Below, in pieces: positions 10,093 to 20,564 of a stretch of 64,000 nt of DNA. The notes under the pieces are model-generated. The model did no database searches. It was given only the letters and a program-made list of their open reading frames with translations, and had not been told where the DNA came from. The position numbers were made by a program, and so were the translations under genes. The stretch's first letter is position 1, and the number at the start of each line of letters is the position of its first letter. Source of the DNA: a virus; the IMG/VR virus record IMGVR_UViG_3300035670_000096, one strand, 5' to 3'.

Positions 10093-10773
10093 ATGGGCGG
10101 CGGAAAACAGCGCAAAGAAACACAGCAACGGCACCAAGCACTTAGCCAACAGCAAGAAGAACTTGGCAAGTACTTTATCGAGCAGTCCAAGGAAGGACTT
10201 GCTCAACGTCAAAAACTCCAGGCCCCGGTAGTAGACCGCTATACTCAGTTAGCATCCGGCGACCCGACAAAGATCATGTCGGCATCGGCTATTCCTCTAG
10301 CCAACCTGACAAGGATGACTCAGCAGGCTCGTGGCAATATTATGGAGATGGCCCCTGGCGCTGCGCGTACAGCCGCGCTTGGGCAGTTGAGCCGAGAGGC
10401 GGCAGGCCAGCAGTCGTCGATGCTGAACCAAGCTTATCTATCTGCTTTCCCTGCCCTTCAGGGACTTGCTTCAGATGCTGGCGGTATCGGGCTTCAGGCG
10501 GCTGGCGCTGGCTATCGTGGAGTAGAGGGCGCTGGAGCAACCAACCAGCAAATCATGCAGATGCAACAACAGCAGAAAGCATCTCAACTCGGGCTGATTG
10601 GCAGCCTTGCTGGTGCGGCTGGAAATATCGCAACTGGCGGCATGTCTGGCGGACTGTCTGGGCTTAGTGGCTTATTCAGTAGAGGAGGTGCGCCATCCAT
10701 GACCGGATCACAGGTATCTAATCTAATTGGAGGTCCTACTTCCGGTGGCTTCCTTCCGTTCATGAGGCAATAA
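10093..10773 (+). CDS. internal virion/ejection-type protein (Gly/Ala/Gln-rich)
   Basis: 226-aa low-complexity ORF. It is first in a run of four ORFs of increasing size, resembling the T7 gp14-16 layout. Call is by position only. Confidence 0.4.
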   Translation: MGGGKQRKETQQRHQALSQQQEELGKYFIEQSKEGLAQRQKLQAPVVDRYTQLASGDPTKIMSASAIPLANLTRMTQQARGNIMEMAPGAARTAALGQLSREAAGQQSSMLNQAYLSAFPALQGLASDAGGIGLQAAGAGYRGVEGAGATNQQIMQMQQQQKASQLGLIGSLAGAAGNIATGGMSGGLSGLSGLFSRGGAPSMTGSQVSNLIGGPTSGGFLPFMRQ

Positions 10774-12725
10774 TGGCACAACAAGATCAACTAGGACCGT
10801 TCTCTGAGTACCTGACCAAGCCAGCGGCTGCTTCGATGGCTCCTTTCCCGCTGCCGCCCGTGACAGGACTAGAGGGTACTGGCGCGGCCATTGGCAATAT
10901 TGCAATGAACTTTATTAACGGCTTACGCCAAGGCCGTATGCAGAAGTATGCAATGCAAGAGGCTGAGCGTGAGAAGCAGTTCAACGCTTACCAACAGGCA
11001 ATCAAGACGGTAGCGGCAAGCGACCTACCGGATCAGCAAAAGCAAATGCTTCACGCCAAGCTGTCTGTTCCGTTGATCCAGAGTATTGCTGGTGACAAAG
11101 AAGCTACTTCTAAGCGAACCGGGAACCCTTTAACCGACGTAGTAAAGAACATCGCAACTGGACTAGTTGGCGGCAATATCCCAAAGAAAGGCCAACCTCT
11201 TTCCATGGAGCCGGTGGTTGAGGCTTTACAGATGGCGAGTGATCCGTCCCTGTCGAGAACTAGAATACAGTCTCAGCTAGACAGTCAGGCTGGTTCAAGG
11301 ATATCGGAAATTCTAAAGTCTCAGCCCGGCGCTGACGTAAAGACATTCATGACCGACCCAGAACTGCGGTCTATCTACTCGCAGGCTCAGCAAATTCTTG
11401 GCCCTTCTGTCAGGCTCCCTTCCGTGGAAAAGGCCTACTCTGAATTTAGGCCAATGACCGAAATGGAAAGGCTGGCCGTAGAGAAAGAGAAGGAAAGACA
11501 GGCAGCGGCAAAAGAGTACGTTAGCGGCGCTCCCGCCCAGCCTACTACTGCAATTCCTTCAGTTGCTCCAACTGAACAAAGAACAGCCGCTCCGCCGACA
11601 GAAGCGCCTCCGCCTGTGGCTCAGAGGACTGAAGGGTTCACGCAGGTCCCCATGGAAACACTAGAGCAAGACAGGATGCTTGCCATTAGGGCGGGGATGC
11701 CTACCAGGGAGTCTCGCGGGGAACCCAAGATGTATATCGACCAATCCACAGGTGAGACATTTCAAGGCTTCACGACAAGCGGAAAAAGTGGCTTTGGCGT
11801 ATACCGACCCGATAAGCAGGCTTTGTATTCAAGTGGGGTTAGAGAACTTGCTGCGTCCGAGTTAACCCGACCTACTCCTCAGCAGGTCGAGAAAGTATAC
11901 AACACTTCTCTAAATGCCCTAAACGCTTCTGTATCGCCAAAGATATTCCAAGCCTACAAAGGACTCCTTGACTCCATGAAAGATCAGGGGGACATGAAGG
12001 GAATGGATAATGTCATGGCTCAGGCAATATCCGCAGATAGGAGCGAAAAAGAACAGCAGAGCAGGATGGCCCTAGCATACGACGCCGCAGAATCCAGGAA
12101 AGATGCTAAGTCTGCTCAGTATATCCAGTATATTAACAATCAGCTAGATAAAAACATGGTTGCAAAGCACTATCGGACCACCATGTCGTCTGTTGACGGC
12201 GCTATGAAAGCCTTGGAAGACGCAAAGAAGGATGGAAATTACAGCTTGGCAGACATGCTCATCATAAGAGCAGTTGCTAAGCTGACTGATATTACCACTG
12301 GCGTGAGAGAAAACGAATACGAATCTTTCGCGGCGGCGCAGGGAAGACTCTCTAGTGTTAGTACACAGTACAGAAACTTACTAAAGAACCAAGCGGATAA
12401 GTTTGATGCTCCTACAAGAGCGAGATTTGTCAACGTACTCAACAGCCTAACAGGGAAGGCGAGGTCAGAATACTCCGAAGAGTTGAACAGGCTGAGGGCT
12501 GTTGGCTCGGAGATGAATATACCGGGCAAGACTCTTGACGCAGTACTGCCAAAGGTTGCCACTATAACTCGACCGGAAAGGGATAGAAGCGCTGTCGCCC
12601 CTGGGGCTGGTATCGGCACCGCTGGAGGCAAGGTGCTTATGCGCTTACCTGACAACACCTTGGTAAACATTCCTGAAGCAAACGTAAAAGAAGCTGAAAA
12701 GCGTGGGGCCGTAAGGGCGCAGTAA
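10773..12725 (+). CDS. internal virion/ejection-type protein
   Basis: 650-aa ORF with a TAATG overlap to the previous gene. Helical and Pro-rich segments, no enzymatic motif seen. Confidence 0.4.
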   Translation: MAQQDQLGPFSEYLTKPAAASMAPFPLPPVTGLEGTGAAIGNIAMNFINGLRQGRMQKYAMQEAEREKQFNAYQQAIKTVAASDLPDQQKQMLHAKLSVPLIQSIAGDKEATSKRTGNPLTDVVKNIATGLVGGNIPKKGQPLSMEPVVEALQMASDPSLSRTRIQSQLDSQAGSRISEILKSQPGADVKTFMTDPELRSIYSQAQQILGPSVRLPSVEKAYSEFRPMTEMERLAVEKEKERQAAAKEYVSGAPAQPTTAIPSVAPTEQRTAAPPTEAPPPVAQRTEGFTQVPMETLEQDRMLAIRAGMPTRESRGEPKMYIDQSTGETFQGFTTSGKSGFGVYRPDKQALYSSGVRELAASELTRPTPQQVEKVYNTSLNALNASVSPKIFQAYKGLLDSMKDQGDMKGMDNVMAQAISADRSEKEQQSRMALAYDAAESRKDAKSAQYIQYINNQLDKNMVAKHYRTTMSSVDGAMKALEDAKKDGNYSLADMLIIRAVAKLTDITTGVRENEYESFAAAQGRLSSVSTQYRNLLKNQADKFDAPTRARFVNVLNSLTGKARSEYSEELNRLRAVGSEMNIPGKTLDAVLPKVATITRPERDRSAVAPGAGIGTAGGKVLMRLPDNTLVNIPEANVKEAEKRGAVRAQ

Positions 12726-12736
12726 AGGATCCGGTA

Positions 12737-14695
12737 ATGGCAGACGAGAAAAAAGGCTTAAAGTATTTTGAGGATTTAGGCGCTACTATTGCTGAGACGG
12801 CTCCGCCGCCAAGCGGCAAGGTCCGGCAAGGAGCGACTCCGCAAGCAGGAGGAGCTGGGCCTGCGTGGGTTCGTCCGGTAGCTGAGCACGGAAAGAAGGT
12901 CGGCAAGGGAATAGCTGGAACAGTTGCTAATATTGTAGCGGTTCCACTTTCGGCAACCGGGGAATTTGCGGCTGGATATGCCGCTGAAATGTACGGATCT
13001 ATACCTGCCCAGATCGGCAGGCTTACTGGATTATACGACCCGAGTAAGGTTTCTACTGGACTAGAACTAAATGGACGCCCAGGCGAGAAACCAACAATTC
13101 AATCTGTGTCTTCTCCGATCCCGGTTGGAGGAGCACCGGCCCCACTGCTGAATGTACCAGGATTCACGTACAAGCCAAAAACAGTAGAGGAAGGTGGAAT
13201 ATCTATTGCTGATATCAAGGCACCTGAAACACTTGCTGGCCAAGCCGGAGGGATAGCCGGTACCGTAAGGCAGTTCAGTAAAGCGTATGGGCCTTTAACG
13301 GAAATGGCCAAGTCGGTACCGTGGGTGGCTAGTCTAGCGGCAAAGCATCCAAAGATAGCGACGGCTTTCGGTATAGGTTCAGGCGCTACTGCTGGAGCAA
13401 TGCAAGAAGTGTCTAAAACAGAAGACCCAGTAGGGTTTTTTAACTCTTTACTATGGGGAGCCGGTACAGATCTGACCTTAAAAGGTCTTGGGTGGGCCGC
13501 AAGAACGTATGGCCCAAAGATAGCTAAACGACTGGCTCAGATTACCATTCCAATGCGAGACACTCTTAATCCGGCATTTGGAGATGATGTTAGATATCAA
13601 CGAGAAACAACCGACAGGATGGTAAAGACAGGAAGCGATTTCACAGAAAAAGGTGCTCAAGCAATTAACGACAGGTTCTACCAGTCGGTTGATGCGCTCA
13701 AAAACGCTTCAAGAGACGCAGATATAACAGCTAGTGAGTTGGTGAAACTAGGCAAGATTCTGCCATCTTCAGCGCGTATGGTAGATTACAAGAAAAAAAC
13801 AGATGAAACCATTGCTAAATTCATCAAAGATAAGTCAGTAGGAGAAAGCCATAAAAATAGAATTATCAAAGCAAAAATGGATTTATACAAAGAACTTCCA
13901 AAAGAACTAAAGCTTGACGCAAACGGAAACCCAATCCCGAAAATTGACCCTAAAACCGGGAACCAGATAATTGATGAGCATACGCTTGAGCCATTGTTTG
14001 AAGATACGGGAAAAATTAGAGAGAAGATGACTTTTGAAGAGGCCGAAAAATGGAAGGTCAAGTTAAATGGAGTGCTAAGGGATCTTTATGAAAGTGGGGA
14101 TTTGTCTCCGAGCGATAAAACAGATAAGCAAGTATTTTTGAAATTTAAGAACGCGCTTGCAGATGCAATGGACGAGGGGTTTAACGATATCAAGCACTTA
14201 GTAGACCACTATGGGCCAAGTATACCTGCAAACTCACCAGCAAAAAATTTGAGAGCATGGGAATTGACAGTCCCAGGAGAAGCCGGGAAAAAGACTTATC
14301 GAGAGGCCACTCACATAACCCGTATAGACGCAGATTTGTCAGAGGCAGCAGAGGCATGGAGGAAGATACTAGAGCCACAAGCGAAAGGCAAGACAGTGTT
14401 CAATGAAGCGGCTGCGTCTATCGGTGTGGGTCAGGCGATACACGGCAGTTTTTTGACACCATCGCAACTAGCTACTGGAGTTACTTTCCTTAGGCACCCA
14501 GCAAGGCTAACTAGAATATCAAAAGGCATACAAAGTATGTCAACAGCCCAGCCCCCCACTGGCACCGCTGCTACCGCTGGCAGGGCGGTTGGAGTCCTAA
14601 CAAGGCCATCCACTACCCCGCCTAGTATGGCTGAATGGGTCCAACAGCAAGCCGCGCCCGCGTCTCAAGACAACCAGTGGACCATTGAACAGTAA
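12737..14695 (+). CDS. internal virion/ejection-type protein
   Basis: 652-aa ORF with a Gly/Ala-rich hydrophobic N-terminal half (possible membrane-active segments). No enzymatic motif seen. Confidence 0.4.
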   Translation: MADEKKGLKYFEDLGATIAETAPPPSGKVRQGATPQAGGAGPAWVRPVAEHGKKVGKGIAGTVANIVAVPLSATGEFAAGYAAEMYGSIPAQIGRLTGLYDPSKVSTGLELNGRPGEKPTIQSVSSPIPVGGAPAPLLNVPGFTYKPKTVEEGGISIADIKAPETLAGQAGGIAGTVRQFSKAYGPLTEMAKSVPWVASLAAKHPKIATAFGIGSGATAGAMQEVSKTEDPVGFFNSLLWGAGTDLTLKGLGWAARTYGPKIAKRLAQITIPMRDTLNPAFGDDVRYQRETTDRMVKTGSDFTEKGAQAINDRFYQSVDALKNASRDADITASELVKLGKILPSSARMVDYKKKTDETIAKFIKDKSVGESHKNRIIKAKMDLYKELPKELKLDANGNPIPKIDPKTGNQIIDEHTLEPLFEDTGKIREKMTFEEAEKWKVKLNGVLRDLYESGDLSPSDKTDKQVFLKFKNALADAMDEGFNDIKHLVDHYGPSIPANSPAKNLRAWELTVPGEAGKKTYREATHITRIDADLSEAAEAWRKILEPQAKGKTVFNEAAASIGVGQAIHGSFLTPSQLATGVTFLRHPARLTRISKGIQSMSTAQPPTGTAATAGRAVGVLTRPSTTPPSMAEWVQQQAAPASQDNQWTIEQ

Positions 14696-14710
14696 GGGTA
14701 CTATATAAAC

Positions 14711-17700
14711 ATGGCCGAACAACAACTTCCTGACATCAACGGATACATTAACGCCCTTCCGATTGGCGTCGATAAACAGGACAAGCTTTTCGACGCCTTC
14801 TATTCGGACAACCCAAAATCCGCACTTGAGGCGATTCAGGATGTACCAAAAGAAGTCAGGCAGTCGCTTCTTACTATTCGAGGGAAAATCCACAAGGGAG
14901 AACAGTATGACTTGAATGATATCGTTAAGTCATACGTCCAGACGGAGAAGCCATCTAAGGCAGAAGTTCCGCAAAAGAGTGAAGCCACCGGCCTTAGCGC
15001 AAGGGAAGAAGGCGAAGCTGAGTCTAGGGTGCAGTCAGCAAAAGCAGCAAGGGAATTAGCCCTAAAGAGGTGGGAGCAAAGCATTTCTAAGATTCCTACT
15101 CCTAGCAAATCCCCTAAAGTAACGCCTAGTCCGTTTGCAAGGAAGGCAGAGCCTGAAGTCGATGAATTTGGTCGGCCAGCCACAAAGCCTGGGCCAAGGC
15201 TTGTTCCATCTCTTCCTAAGTTCGGACAGTCCGGAGAACGGGCGACAGAGCCACCCCCAACTGTTAAACCTTCAGTAAAACCAACAGAAACCACTGAGGC
15301 TCCTCCGGCGATTCAAGTGAAGAGGCCGCCAGTCGAAGAGGTGTACTCACCATCAGTTGCTCGTGATGTGTTCAATGCTACCGTTAGGGGCGTTGCATCT
15401 GGCCTATTCGCTATCCCGAGGGTTCTTAGCCGTGTTCCTGGTGGACTCAGGGAAGACTTAGAGGCCCTACGTCCGGTTGAATCGGACACCCAAAGAGGCG
15501 GCGGATTTATTGGCAAGGAAGCCAGGGAAAGAGAAGACGCACTTAACCGTCAAAAGACCGCTCGCTTAATCGCTAAAACAGAGCAGGAAGCACTCCCGGA
15601 GGCCCCGCTCTCTGCGCCTGGGAAACTAGCTGAGGCAGTCGGGTCTACCGCTCCTTACATCGTCGCCGGAATGGTTGGCGGAAAGCCAGCCTCCGCCGCC
15701 CTTGGCGCTGCCGCTGGTGCCGAGGAAGCCCTCACTCGCGCTGATATAAGCGGGAAACCATTGACAGAGGGGCAGAGGAAGGCTATCGGAACGGCTGGAG
15801 CCGGTATTGGGCTTACTGAAGCCATTCCGATTGAGCGGATTGTCTCTAAGTTAAAGGGCGCTGGTGTTGCCGGTAAGTCCCTGGCTGAATCAGATATCGT
15901 CAAGCTTTTATTCCCCAAGCTAGGTGACTTCTTAAAGAGCGGCGCTACCCAGGCAGGCACTGAGGCGTTCCAAGAAGGACTATCTGGATTAGCGCAAGAC
16001 GCGCTTGAGTCGATGTATGGCGGAAGGCCGATTAGCGAGATTGGCTCAGACGTTTTAGAGCAAGCGGCTACCGGAGGTGGTGCTGGCCTTGTAATCGACA
16101 TGCTAAGCACTATTGTTGGCTCTCGCGCAGGCAGAAGGAAGCTGAAGAGTATTGGCGTTGATCCTAAGGCTTTCAAGGATTGGGTTGAGTCAGGCGGAGC
16201 GGACAAAGCTAAGGCCGAGGCCCAAGAGTACGCAAGAAAAGCCTTGACGCCAGCGGCTCAATTAGAGGCCCCCGCTCAAGAAGTATCACCTGAGCCGCCG
16301 CCAGTAGTGCCTGAGCCGCCGCCCGTGGTGGACAAAGCTAAGGTAGTAAAGCCACCAAAGGTTAGCACGGAACCTCCTCCAGTAGTTACGGCTACCGCAG
16401 AGCCGCCAATAGTAGAGGTAAAAACGGTCGAGGAAACTACAGAGCCAAAAGTTAAAGACTTAGAAATCACTGATCCTTTCAGCGGAACAACAGAAACGAT
16501 TCAAGTCCCATCTTCTATTGCCGATAAATACGAAACCCTGACGGATTTGCAGAAAGAAGCTGCTGCTGGAAATTTTCTATCTATTGCGCTTATATCCCCG
16601 GATGTTATAAGCAACGAAACAAATCAGATCGACGTTATAAGTAACGAGATAAAGTCGATCAAGGACAACCTTGCAGCTTTTGAACAGGATCCAGAATCTA
16701 TTACCGGATTAGAGCCGTACTTTGACAGCTTAGAAGATTATAAATCGTTCGTAAACGAAATCACTATTCCGTATCTTGAGTATGTCAAGAGCGCTAAAGC
16801 GGCCTCTGAACCCCTTGTTCAACCCTCCGTCACTCAGCCTACAACTACGCCCCCTCCTCCGGCAGCGACAGCAATAGAGCCTGAACCTCAGGTTATTACG
16901 ACTGCACCACCTCAACCCGCCGCACCAACCGTAGCCGCACAGATCGCCCACCCTAAACTTAACAACCAAGGCCAGCCGGTCATCATCAACACTCCATCTA
17001 CACCAACACCGGACACTACATGGACAGACCCAGGCACTACCGCTGTGTTTGTCCCGTACGGGGATGCTCCTGACTCAATAGGAGGCACTAAGATCGAGCC
17101 TTGGAGTCCACCTCAGGAAGGATGGTCTAAGGTAAGTGGTGTAAATGAAAGACTAGATACCCGCAAGCCATTCACTCCAAGTCCAAGTAAGCAGTCAGCA
17201 TCTGGCGTAATCGTGGTGGAAGACGACGGGAGGGTTTGGCTGATCTCGCCTACGAATCAGTTTGGCGGATACGACAATACATTTCCAAAAGGGAAGTTGG
17301 ATCCAGGTCTGACTATGCAGGAAAATGCAATCAAAGAGGCGTGGGAGGAAACTGGCCTCAAGGTGGATATCATCGGCGTAGTTGGGGATTACGAAAAGAG
17401 CACGTCTAAGGTTAGGTATTATCTAGCCAAGAGGACTGGCGGAACCCCTAAGAACATGGGATGGGAGGCGCAGGCAGTCAAGCTCGCCACGTTAGACGAC
17501 GCTAAGAGCCTATTAAACCAGCAAATCGACAAAGACATCATTAGCGACCTTGAGAAGATGATTTCTTCTGGTAAGCTTGCAGAGATTAAAGACGGGACAC
17601 CTAGAAAGCTATCCACTTACGGCCAGGAAGTCGCGCCGAAAACAGGCGGAAGCAATCCGGGCGGATGGTACAAGGATGGAAGTACAGAATGGCTTGTAAA

Positions 17701-19930
17701 AGGGAACAGCAAGAAGGTCTCTGGAGCCGTAACCCCAGAACAAAGCGACAATAGAGCGGCAAACGAAGTGTTGGCGTCGAAGCTAATTCGATCTGTATTT
17801 AAGGTTGGCGCTCCAGAAATGAAGCTGATTGATCTCGAAGGAAAGTATGGAGGTGGGCTTGGGGTGGCGAGTAAAAAAGTTCCGTCTCTATACTACTTCA
17901 ACCCGAACAACTCTGAGTACCTCAAAGCGGCGCAAAAGGCGTTCGCTATCCACGCTTGGCTTGCTAACTACGATGTACTCGGAATGGGGTACGATAATCT
18001 ATCCGTCAACCAAAACTATGAGGCAGTCAATATTGACCCAGGCGGGGCTTTGCTATTCAGAGCGCAAGGACTGCCTAAGGGAGCGTCTCATGGGGTGGTC
18101 AACGGCCTATTGGATCCGTCCGCCCCAGAGTTTGAATCAATGCGGACGACCACTCCGGAACAGAAGGCTGTTTTCGGAAAGATGACAGCTTCTCAGTTGA
18201 AAGACAGTGCTAAGTCCCTGGAATCCATCACTGATGAAAAAATCAAGAAACTAGTGAATACATACGGATGGGGAAGCGATGCAGATAAGGCTGCCCTGGC
18301 CGAAAACCTCATTCAGAGAAAGAATTCCATTCTCCAAAAGGCCGGTGTTACTGCAACTTCTTCAGTACCGCAGGCTACCGCACAGCCACCGATACAGCCA
18401 TCAGCAACGCAGCCGCTCCCCGCTTCCCCACAAGTCTCGCAGCAGGCCACTACCGCAATGCAAACTTCACCTACGCCATCGCAAGTCACCGCCGCGCAGC
18501 CTGCCACTCAAATAGCAACAACGCAAGCCGCAACTACTCCAGTATTAACTCAGATGGCTGATCTTTCCACGAATCAAGGCAAGTTCTCTATTCCCCAGCA
18601 ATTCTTGGATAAGTACAACCAGATGACGCAAGACAACAAGAACTCGTTCGTTAAGGTTCTTAATAAAGTGGCTGGGAGTAGGACATCGACAGGAAGCAGT
18701 GCGGCCTCAATGCCCTACGTACAAGACCAGATAAGCATAGCTAATCAGAAGATATCTGAGTACGACCAAAAGATCACCTCTGGAACAGCTACTGATTTTG
18801 ACAAGGAGAGAAAGAAGTATTACTCGGAGCTAGTAAAGCCATATCTGGAGTATATCGTAAGCAGCGGGAAGATAGCCAAAGCAACCGGATACGTCGCGCC
18901 TTCTGGCGCGGCGCTGGCAAGTATAAGTGCTATTCCGCCGAGACCGCAGTGGGTGCAGAGCTACAAAGCCCAAAGCAAGGGCATAGTCACGAAGGGCAGT
19001 ATATCGAATGAAGACGCACTGAACAACTACGCTTTCTTGGCAGGATTGTTTGGCAAATCCCACAGCGAGGCAAAGAAGGCCAATACCATACTGAAGAATG
19101 CCCAGAAGAAAAACGGCAACATCCAGCCATCTATTATCGACCAAGCGATCCAAGAAGCCAAGCAGAAATACCTACAGTTCCAGCCATTCTTACAGGTAAT
19201 AGACAAGAAGTGGATCGGGCCGATCTCTCAGTACTTTACTGAAAAACAGCCAGGGGATGAATTCAAGTTCCCTTATTCCAGCCAGCCTGCATCTGTCCCA
19301 GCAAGCGACATAGACGCAGGGAAGAAAGATAAATTCAAAGTCGCTCAGACTGCTGTTATCTCCAATCTAAATACAACCCAAAAGAACACGCTTAAAAGCT
19401 ATACCGGAACCATGGCTAATTCGGTGAATACGGCCCTTGGTGAGTACTTTAATTCAGGGAACTCGATATCGGAAGCCAATAAGAAGCGCATAAAGACGAT
19501 GGATGCAGCGTTCAAGAAGTCGAAGCTTGGCGAGAATGTTAAGCTTGTCAGAAATATTGGGTCTAAGTATTTCTGGAAATGGTTCGGAATGGATGAGGGT
19601 GGAATCGCTGATAGCAACCTTGACCTACTTAAAGGAAAGTCGTATACTGAGATTTGCTATGTGAGCACAAGCAAGAACCCTGATAGCTCGATATGCCTTC
19701 AGGATACAAGTAAAGGCAAAATCAAGTTCATCATAAACGCTGGAAAAAACTTCCACGGCATAGATGTGAGTTCCCTATCAAGCCACCCAGAAAGCGAGGT
19801 AATTCTTTCTCGCGGGACTACTTACGTAATCAGGGAGATAAAACACACTCAGAGCGGCTATTCGCCATCGTCAAATGTATGGGAAGTGTTCGTCGATATC
19901 GTTGACCAAACGCCAGGAGAAATACAATGA
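14711..19930 (+). CDS. polyvalent ejected virion protein with NUDIX hydrolase and C-terminal ADP-ribosyltransferase domains
   Basis: 1739-aa ORF with Pro-rich linkers (PEPPPVVPEPPPVV). NUDIX box GKLDPGLTMQENAIKEAWEETGL at about nt 17290-17360. R-S-E ART triad LVRNIG / YVSTS / ESEVILSRG at about nt 19350-19927. Confidence 0.75.
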   Translation: MAEQQLPDINGYINALPIGVDKQDKLFDAFYSDNPKSALEAIQDVPKEVRQSLLTIRGKIHKGEQYDLNDIVKSYVQTEKPSKAEVPQKSEATGLSAREEGEAESRVQSAKAARELALKRWEQSISKIPTPSKSPKVTPSPFARKAEPEVDEFGRPATKPGPRLVPSLPKFGQSGERATEPPPTVKPSVKPTETTEAPPAIQVKRPPVEEVYSPSVARDVFNATVRGVASGLFAIPRVLSRVPGGLREDLEALRPVESDTQRGGGFIGKEAREREDALNRQKTARLIAKTEQEALPEAPLSAPGKLAEAVGSTAPYIVAGMVGGKPASAALGAAAGAEEALTRADISGKPLTEGQRKAIGTAGAGIGLTEAIPIERIVSKLKGAGVAGKSLAESDIVKLLFPKLGDFLKSGATQAGTEAFQEGLSGLAQDALESMYGGRPISEIGSDVLEQAATGGGAGLVIDMLSTIVGSRAGRRKLKSIGVDPKAFKDWVESGGADKAKAEAQEYARKALTPAAQLEAPAQEVSPEPPPVVPEPPPVVDKAKVVKPPKVSTEPPPVVTATAEPPIVEVKTVEETTEPKVKDLEITDPFSGTTETIQVPSSIADKYETLTDLQKEAAAGNFLSIALISPDVISNETNQIDVISNEIKSIKDNLAAFEQDPESITGLEPYFDSLEDYKSFVNEITIPYLEYVKSAKAASEPLVQPSVTQPTTTPPPPAATAIEPEPQVITTAPPQPAAPTVAAQIAHPKLNNQGQPVIINTPSTPTPDTTWTDPGTTAVFVPYGDAPDSIGGTKIEPWSPPQEGWSKVSGVNERLDTRKPFTPSPSKQSASGVIVVEDDGRVWLISPTNQFGGYDNTFPKGKLDPGLTMQENAIKEAWEETGLKVDIIGVVGDYEKSTSKVRYYLAKRTGGTPKNMGWEAQAVKLATLDDAKSLLNQQIDKDIISDLEKMISSGKLAEIKDGTPRKLSTYGQEVAPKTGGSNPGGWYKDGSTEWLVKGNSKKVSGAVTPEQSDNRAANEVLASKLIRSVFKVGAPEMKLIDLEGKYGGGLGVASKKVPSLYYFNPNNSEYLKAAQKAFAIHAWLANYDVLGMGYDNLSVNQNYEAVNIDPGGALLFRAQGLPKGASHGVVNGLLDPSAPEFESMRTTTPEQKAVFGKMTASQLKDSAKSLESITDEKIKKLVNTYGWGSDADKAALAENLIQRKNSILQKAGVTATSSVPQATAQPPIQPSATQPLPASPQVSQQATTAMQTSPTPSQVTAAQPATQIATTQAATTPVLTQMADLSTNQGKFSIPQQFLDKYNQMTQDNKNSFVKVLNKVAGSRTSTGSSAASMPYVQDQISIANQKISEYDQKITSGTATDFDKERKKYYSELVKPYLEYIVSSGKIAKATGYVAPSGAALASISAIPPRPQWVQSYKAQSKGIVTKGSISNEDALNNYAFLAGLFGKSHSEAKKANTILKNAQKKNGNIQPSIIDQAIQEAKQKYLQFQPFLQVIDKKWIGPISQYFTEKQPGDEFKFPYSSQPASVPASDIDAGKKDKFKVAQTAVISNLNTTQKNTLKSYTGTMANSVNTALGEYFNSGNSISEANKKRIKTMDAAFKKSKLGENVKLVRNIGSKYFWKWFGMDEGGIADSNLDLLKGKSYTEICYVSTSKNPDSSICLQDTSKGKIKFIINAGKNFHGIDVSSLSSHPESEVILSRGTTYVIREIKHTQSGYSPSSNVWEVFVDIVDQTPGEIQ

Positions 19931-20193
19931 GCAAAGAAGAGAAAAAGAAGTTCCAAGAATTTGGAGATTCAGGCGTAGCCCTTAACACGCTATGCGAAAC
20001 ATGCGCCCACCGGGACCCGGACGAACCTTACGTATGCAAGGCATTTCCTGAGGGGATACCAACAGCCATCTTCCTTGGCTTGTTTGACCACAGGTTCCGA
20101 TGGCTGATAGGCGACGGAGACAACGGAATCGTATACGAGCAAAGGCAGATTGACCAGCCGGAGCCGTTGAATAAAAAAGGAGAGAAAGAATAG
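19927..20193 (+). CDS. hypothetical protein
   Basis: 88-aa ORF with an ATGA overlap to the polyvalent protein gene. Contains a single CxxC (CETC) plus one further distant Cys. Confidence 0.55.
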   Translation: MSKEEKKKFQEFGDSGVALNTLCETCAHRDPDEPYVCKAFPEGIPTAIFLGLFDHRFRWLIGDGDNGIVYEQRQIDQPEPLNKKGEKE

Positions 20194-20194
20194 G

Positions 20195-20515
20195 ATGTGG
20201 ATTTTCACCAGATACGGCTTTTATAGCCTATCTGTAAATGGGGATATTGCCTGGATTAGAGGTCGGAATAAAAACCACCTCCAGTCCCTAAAGGACCGTT
20301 TTCTACTTGAAGGTACAATCGAAGAAAACATCGGCACGGACTACAAGTACAGGATCAAAACAGACAAAAGCACGGCTTGCTCAATGATGTACGAAATTGC
20401 TCATGAGCAAGACTGGAGCAACTTTAAGAACGAAGTCTCCAGGTACAGTAAAGACAGGACATACACCAGAACACTTCACGATGTCTGGGATATAATGCAC
20501 GGAATCCAAGAATAA
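20195..20515 (+). CDS. hypothetical protein (last rightward gene)
   Basis: 106-aa ORF that ends immediately before the bidirectional terminator. Confidence 0.55.
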   Translation: MWIFTRYGFYSLSVNGDIAWIRGRNKNHLQSLKDRFLLEGTIEENIGTDYKYRIKTDKSTACSMMYEIAHEQDWSNFKNEVSRYSKDRTYTRTLHDVWDIMHGIQE

Positions 20516-20516
20516 G

Positions 20517-20547
20517 AAAGGGGGCCTAAGCCCCCTTTAGTTTTTAT
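20517..20547. terminator. bidirectional rho-independent terminator between convergent operons
   Basis: Perfect 9-bp stem AAAGGGGGC / GCCCCCTTT with loop CTAA. Flanked by AGTTTTTAT on + and by a T-rich run (TTCTTATT) on -. Confidence 0.8.
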
Positions 20548-20564
20548 GTGTACAGGATCGATAT

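Noticed and set aside
10037-10231. 64-aa + ORF (10037-10231) spanning the recA terminator hairpin.
   Set aside because: It starts inside the hairpin and overlaps, out of frame, the RBS-preceded 10093 gene. It has no support.
15655-16206. 183-aa - strand ORF, and other antisense ORFs (14836-15294, 12239-12670), inside the ejection-protein genes.
   Set aside because: They are antisense shadows within long, well-supported + strand genes of a uniformly rightward operon.
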